A DNA stretch of 64,000 bases from Sporocytophaga myxococcoides (GTDB taxonomy: Bacteria > Bacteroidota > Bacteroidia > Cytophagales > Cytophagaceae): assembly GCF_000775915.1 (NCBI RefSeq), contig NZ_BBLT01000002.1, forward strand, positions 716,384-780,383, in the 5' to 3' direction. Both the position numbers and the translations under genes were made by a program. The notes beneath the pieces are model-generated. The model had not been told where the DNA came from, ran no database searches, and saw only the letters and a program-made list of their open reading frames with translations. Positions 59,269 to 64,000 of the stretch are shown piece by piece; the first letter of the stretch is position 1, and each line of letters opens with the position of its first letter.

Positions 59269-61158
59269 TTACCTTATCAATATCCTTTCAAAAAACAACT
59301 TATTACCAACTGCTACCTGAATGACATATACTCCTGGTTTAAATCTTTCTTTTATAGGCAGAACTGTTCTGGCAGACGTAATATCACATGTGGTTTTTTC
59401 ATTGTACTGTTTTTTACCTTTTGTGTCAAATACTAAAATATGAATACGTGGATCATTAACATACCCAAGGAGGCTTAGCGTGATAGTGCCTTTGTCAGCA
59501 GGATCCATATATGCAAGAATTTTTGCAATAGAATCTACTCCGGAGGCAGGTATCAATTCTATATTTTCGGTTTCTTCATATGGAGTAATAAATGGTGAAA
59601 GTCTTTTTCCCGGTATTGGCCGTTCAAGAGTACCATCAGGAAGTCTCCAGCCAACAGAGATATGATCAATTTTCAGGCTTTCTTTATGAAGCGCTTCTAT
59701 ATAATATTTTTTGTCAGCTTCCAGATATATACCTTCAGATTTTTGTTCAGGAAATTTTGACCATTCCTGGAAGAATGAAGAAGTAGGTACATATGCTATT
59801 TTGGCCTTATTTTCAACGCTATCATCTTTGCTAAGCCACAACTCTCCTTGTTCATCCGACGCTATCCAGAAATAGTAGGTTCCTGAAGCAGGAGGATAAA
59901 TATACCCGCTAATCCTTGTACCGTAGTTGTCCATCAGATTTTCGGGTCCTTCAAATTGGGTGATAAGAACTTTTCCATTGGGAGGCAACTGATGTGGAAT
60001 TTTATCAACTGTTGTACCTCTTACGCTAGTCCAGAATTCGCGAAGTATATAACCTTTATTTGTATATACATTTGTATGCGTATCCCTGAGTGCAGCAACC
60101 ATCGTAATGTCATCATGATACTGTTCATCCGAATTATTACTTTTATCCTTTGATTCGAAGGTGAAATTATTCGACAGAAACTTGTTCACTTCCGGAACTG
60201 GCGTGTATACAGCTGTGTAAATAGTATTTTCGCCAGGTTTAATTTTAAAATTATCCTTTAATCCTATCGGTTCCCAGTGATCAAATCTGTATCGGATGCC
60301 ATTCATTATCTGGTCCGGAACACTGGCCAAGTTTCTGTAAGTGCCTGCAATGTCTGTAAAGCTATATGGAGCTTCAATTATAGAACCATCCAGAGAAATT
60401 TTTAAACCGGGAGGATTAGTTAATAATTTAATCTGAATTTTTTTAGGTGTAATATCAACGTATTTCGTATCTGTAAAACCATCCTGATCTCTTACAGTTA
60501 ATGAAAGCCTATAATAGGCCTTGTCATCCTGTATCTGGTGGTTTGGAACAACAAAGTATCCTTCCCTTATGCCTTCAGTTGTTATGATAACTTTGGGCGG
60601 GAGATCTTTTATGTTTCCTTTTTGATGAAACTCAAGCTTCCAGAGAAATGAAGATTTATTAAGAATGCCATTTTCAAAATCATTGCCGCCCCCAAGAAAT
60701 CTTATAGTATCTCCAATGCTAAATGTATTTCCAAAAGTCGGGTTAATGAGCATTGCGTTGGGAGGAAAATTATCTGCAACATCCAGCTTTGCTGTGTCGC
60801 TCTTTGTAGTTCCGAAGGCATTGCTGATTTCAACATGATAATACCCAGTATCCTTTAACTGAACTATAGAAAAAAATAAGCTTCGTGATGTTGCATCTTT
60901 TATGATGACTCCGTTTTTCTTCCATTGAATAGAGTATGGGGACTTATCTTCAATATCCACGGAAAACATTACATTGGAAGTTTTAGCTACTCTCAACCCT
61001 TTGGGCTGGCGAATAATTTTGGGCAAATGAGTGGCAGAGTCAGCTGAGATACCGGTATTCCCGGAAGATTGTTCAGAATTTTCTTTTATTTGTGCTGATA
61101 AATCTAATATAATCGCAATAAATAAAATTGAAATCAAAGATGTAAACAGATACTTCAT
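59269..61158 (-). CDS. secreted Ig-like/PKD-like domain protein with T9SS C-terminal sorting domain
   Basis: Signal peptide; N-terminal Ig-like domain (…YHVEISNAFGTTKSD…); C-terminal …PGVYVIQVAVGNKLFFERILIR CTD. Confidence 0.6.
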   Translation of the reverse strand: MKYLFTSLISILFIAIILDLSAQIKENSEQSSGNTGISADSATHLPKIIRQPKGLRVAKTSNVMFSVDIEDKSPYSIQWKKNGVIIKDATSRSLFFSIVQLKDTGYYHVEISNAFGTTKSDTAKLDVADNFPPNAMLINPTFGNTFSIGDTIRFLGGGNDFENGILNKSSFLWKLEFHQKGNIKDLPPKVIITTEGIREGYFVVPNHQIQDDKAYYRLSLTVRDQDGFTDTKYVDITPKKIQIKLLTNPPGLKISLDGSIIEAPYSFTDIAGTYRNLASVPDQIMNGIRYRFDHWEPIGLKDNFKIKPGENTIYTAVYTPVPEVNKFLSNNFTFESKDKSNNSDEQYHDDITMVAALRDTHTNVYTNKGYILREFWTSVRGTTVDKIPHQLPPNGKVLITQFEGPENLMDNYGTRISGYIYPPASGTYYFWIASDEQGELWLSKDDSVENKAKIAYVPTSSFFQEWSKFPEQKSEGIYLEADKKYYIEALHKESLKIDHISVGWRLPDGTLERPIPGKRLSPFITPYEETENIELIPASGVDSIAKILAYMDPADKGTITLSLLGYVNDPRIHILVFDTKGKKQYNEKTTCDITSARTVLPIKERFKPGVYVIQVAVGNKLFFERILIR

Positions 61159-61293
61159 TTTATTTCCAATATGAAGTAAGAAACCCGTTACAATTCTAAA
61201 AGTTAAACAGCTGTATGCTGCTCAGGGAAAGCTTTGAAAGATTTTACTTTTCAGGGAAAATTAAATCGGAAAAATATAAAGTTTGAGTTGAAT

Positions 61294-62265
61294 TCAATAT
61301 CGACTGGTTATTTCTAATATAAAAGCCTGAAGGTCCTGATTCATAAGTCTTGTAGATGCCTGCACTTCATTAAGCATACTTGATCTGGTTCGAAGCATAC
61401 CTTTGGTATAGGTTCCACCCACTCCAAAAAGCAGTTGCTTTTCCTGGTTAGATACTTCAGAACCTTCTGCTTCCAGCTTTAGCTCTTTCCAACGGTTTTT
61501 AATATTGTGTACGACTGAATATTCATGTGTATTGCTAAAAAAAGGTTCTTTGAGCAGATACCAGATAGATGGAGGAAAAATCTTTGAGTTGTCCGGATCA
61601 TTCCAGATTTCTGCAAGCAAATTTCTTTTATGGTAATATTTAACTTTGGTCTTAATGAATAATATACTTAATCCGAAAGAAGCGCTGATTACTCCTCCAC
61701 TAATGGCAATTGCATCTTGTTGTGTATCGTTTAGCTTTTGGCTGGCAAGGGTACCTGCAATGGTTAGAAATGCACCGGAAGTAATAGAGAGTACCGTTAG
61801 CAGGTTATTCCGACTGTTTTCTCTTTCAGTAAGATAGTCAGCTAATATTTCAGCTCTTTCTCCTTCGCAATCCAGTTCTGCCGCAATGCTTTCAATTTCA
61901 GTGGAAATGAGCATTACCTGTGTAAGTACTTTATTTTTAGAGTTAATATATTTTATTCTTATTGAATCAGTAGGATTCTTGTCATAAATTTTCTTTGTAC
62001 TATCCAGCTTTAGTAATTCCTCAAAAACACCTGCTGCATTGGCAACTAGTAGGGTATGAGCACTAAAAGCTCCTGTATTTTTTCTGCTTAAAACCTCCTT
62101 AGTAGGCAAAGGGTAAAGGGTGGAATCATAATGATAACTAATAGCAGGTGAGCAATATCCGGAATCAAATTGACTGGCTGCTTTTTGGCTTTTGGTTCCA
62201 ACACAACTTGCTGAAATTAAGAAAAGACACCCAAGAAGATGTGAAATTTGTCCCTTGTTGAACAT
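61294..62265 (-). CDS. hypothetical lipoprotein with internal TM helices
   Basis: Lipobox …LISASC, two hydrophobic helices, no recognisable domain. Confidence 0.35.
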   Translation of the reverse strand: MFNKGQISHLLGCLFLISASCVGTKSQKAASQFDSGYCSPAISYHYDSTLYPLPTKEVLSRKNTGAFSAHTLLVANAAGVFEELLKLDSTKKIYDKNPTDSIRIKYINSKNKVLTQVMLISTEIESIAAELDCEGERAEILADYLTERENSRNNLLTVLSITSGAFLTIAGTLASQKLNDTQQDAIAISGGVISASFGLSILFIKTKVKYYHKRNLLAEIWNDPDNSKIFPPSIWYLLKEPFFSNTHEYSVVHNIKNRWKELKLEAEGSEVSNQEKQLLFGVGGTYTKGMLRTRSSMLNEVQASTRLMNQDLQAFILEITSRY

Positions 62266-62369
62266 TGTTTTAAGCTTATTTAAAAAATAGCATTACAATT
62301 CTGTCACAAGGAATAAATTGAAATGATAAAAGAATGTTTATCGATCAGGAAAAATTAGATCAGATCTAT

Positions 62370-62849
62370 CTATTGCTCAATATGGCCTTCATGAACAAGT
62401 TGCAGGAAGGAAGGTAAATCGCAATCCTGGTCTTTTTTACATAATTTTAAAAAAGCCAGCCATTTCTCAAAATCATCTCCCCAGGAAAAATCACCCCTGA
62501 GAATGGACCCAAAACTTTCTTTGATTTCTTCAGCATGACTACATAATTCTTTCAGATTCGATTCACCTTCAGGTTGATCAATACTTGTCTTTCCTTTAAG
62601 CCCAAAGAATGCTGAAAGGTAAAATTTGGGAAACCATCGGCTTTTTCCCCTCGGATTATAAATAGATATGGTTAATTCGTTGTTTTCTTTACCTAAAAAT
62701 ATACCTGCCCAGCGGGATTCAAGATAAATCTCATCTCTTAATTCCTTACTTACATTCATGGAAAACTGAGTCATAAGTTGCTCAAAAGCTTCTTTAACTT
62801 CCTGGCAAAAAAGACTGTTGTTGTCAATTTGAAGATCCTGGGTATTCAT
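62370..62849 (-). CDS. hypothetical protein (159 aa)
   Basis: Clean ORF with no recognisable motif. Confidence 0.35.
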   Translation of the reverse strand: MNTQDLQIDNNSLFCQEVKEAFEQLMTQFSMNVSKELRDEIYLESRWAGIFLGKENNELTISIYNPRGKSRWFPKFYLSAFFGLKGKTSIDQPEGESNLKELCSHAEEIKESFGSILRGDFSWGDDFEKWLAFLKLCKKDQDCDLPSFLQLVHEGHIEQ

Positions 62850-63182
62850 ATAATTACATTTAATAAACTAACCGGGAAGAGGCATAAGAGTTTTTACTCT
62901 AAAGCACTCTCTGGGGTTTCACGATAAATGAAAAAGAACTTTTGAAACTAAAGAAATCCTCAATATTCGGACCAAGTTCTTCTTATAGACAGATAAAATG
63001 TTCAGATGGTTGCTGTTGGAATATCAATCCCCTTCATTTCATATTTTCATGCTTGATTAAATTTTTATATAAAGATCAGAATTCTTCAGGTTGTATATTC
63101 CTTTCTCTCTTTTTCCAGGTGTTTACAAAAAAGAGGCCGTCCATTTCAGACGGCCTCTTCCAAAATTATTTACTATTAACCT

Positions 63183-64000
63183 TTATTCCTTAATGATTCT
63201 GATTGTTTCAACTTTGCTTTCATAGACTACTTTTAAAAGATAAACACCAGTTTTAATGTCACTTGCCGGAATTGAGAATTTACCATTGGTGATTTTCTGA
63301 TTTCCTCCTTTGAATTTATTACCAAAATTGTCATACAATTCAAATGTAGCAATGGTTGAAGCTTCAGTAGTTTGTACGGTTACGTTGATGAAATCTCCAA
63401 CTGGGTTCGGTACTACTGATATTGCAATGGCTGGCGCTGAAGATACAGGCTCGGAAATAGTATCTTCGTTATTCTGGTCACCATAAGGATTAATTACCTG
63501 GAGTGCTTTAGCCAAAGAATTGTTCGTCTCATTCGTTTCAATTATCTGCTTGTAATGATCTGCTACAAACAATAATTTATAACTTCCCTGATTGATGTAA
63601 TATGGAACTCTAAACTCTCCAGAAACAGGTACAGAAGATTTAGAAAGCATACCAGGAACACCCAATGTTCCTATAAATATATCATCAGGAGAAAGTGCTT
63701 CATCACTGGACAAGTAGTATCCTAAATTGAAGTATGATACATCTGAATTTCCGGAATTACTTATTGTTGCTTTGAAATAAACTGTTTGTTCTACTGTGAC
63801 CTTTGAGCTTACAGATGCACTCTTCACAAACAGATCTCTTGTTGCAGCTTCAATAGAAATTTTCTTAGAAACAATGTTATTGTTTTCATTCATCTCAGGC
63901 TGGTTCTTGCCACCATCAGCTACAAATACAATATAGTAGTCTCCAGCCGCAAGATATTCAGGAAGATAAAGTGATTGGTTGAACGGAACAGAGGCTTCTG
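63183..64000 (-). CDS. CARDB-domain protein with T9SS C-terminal sorting domain (5'-truncated by window edge)
   Basis: The frame is open from the window end. Repeated …YFKATISNSGNSDVSYF… CARDB-like units. C-terminal …GVYLLKVVYESKVETIRIIKE CTD. Confidence 0.6.
   Translation of the reverse strand, partial: EASVPFNQSLYLPEYLAAGDYYIVFVADGGKNQPEMNENNNIVSKKISIEAATRDLFVKSASVSSKVTVEQTVYFKATISNSGNSDVSYFNLGYYLSSDEALSPDDIFIGTLGVPGMLSKSSVPVSGEFRVPYYINQGSYKLLFVADHYKQIIETNETNNSLAKALQVINPYGDQNNEDTISEPVSSAPAIAISVVPNPVGDFINVTVQTTEASTIATFELYDNFGNKFKGGNQKITNGKFSIPASDIKTGVYLLKVVYESKVETIRIIKE

Overview
This window reads as a low-GC Bacteroidota chromosome segment, judged from sequence alone. Four proteins end in T9SS C-terminal sorting domains, and one promoter matches the Bacteroidetes TTTG/TAnnTTTG consensus.

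The flanks are mostly housekeeping. The left flank carries mscL, gap, two SDRs, a pentapeptide-repeat protein, a radical-SAM operon, a glycine-rich T9SS cargo and an AI-2E transporter. The right flank carries a giant GH8-Ig-CBM9 T9SS glycosidase, an L,D-transpeptidase, an HSL-type esterase, NDH-2, a TPR/AAA pair, modA with a decayed modE, and a protealysin-type M4 peptidase with an emfourin-like inhibitor.

The centre (~19.8-40.2 kb) looks like an accessory or defence-type island. It holds a WYL-regulator::PhyH-dioxygenase fusion divergent from rtcB, and a retron-type reverse transcriptase. Immediately upstream of that RT there is a ~225-nt structured non-coding region bounded by 10-bp a1/a2-like inverted repeats, and a promoter. 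A co-directional SWIM zinc-finger gene and a WGR/HEAT (MolR-like) gene lie directly upstream. Divergent from these is a tightly packed NfeD-like / flotillin / giant (1635 aa) MoxR-type AAA+ operon. A PLD-family nuclease, PspA and a J-domain protein follow.

The retron + SWIM/WGR + flotillin/giant-ATPase arrangement is the best candidate for an undescribed system. No tRNA, rRNA or CRISPR array was found.
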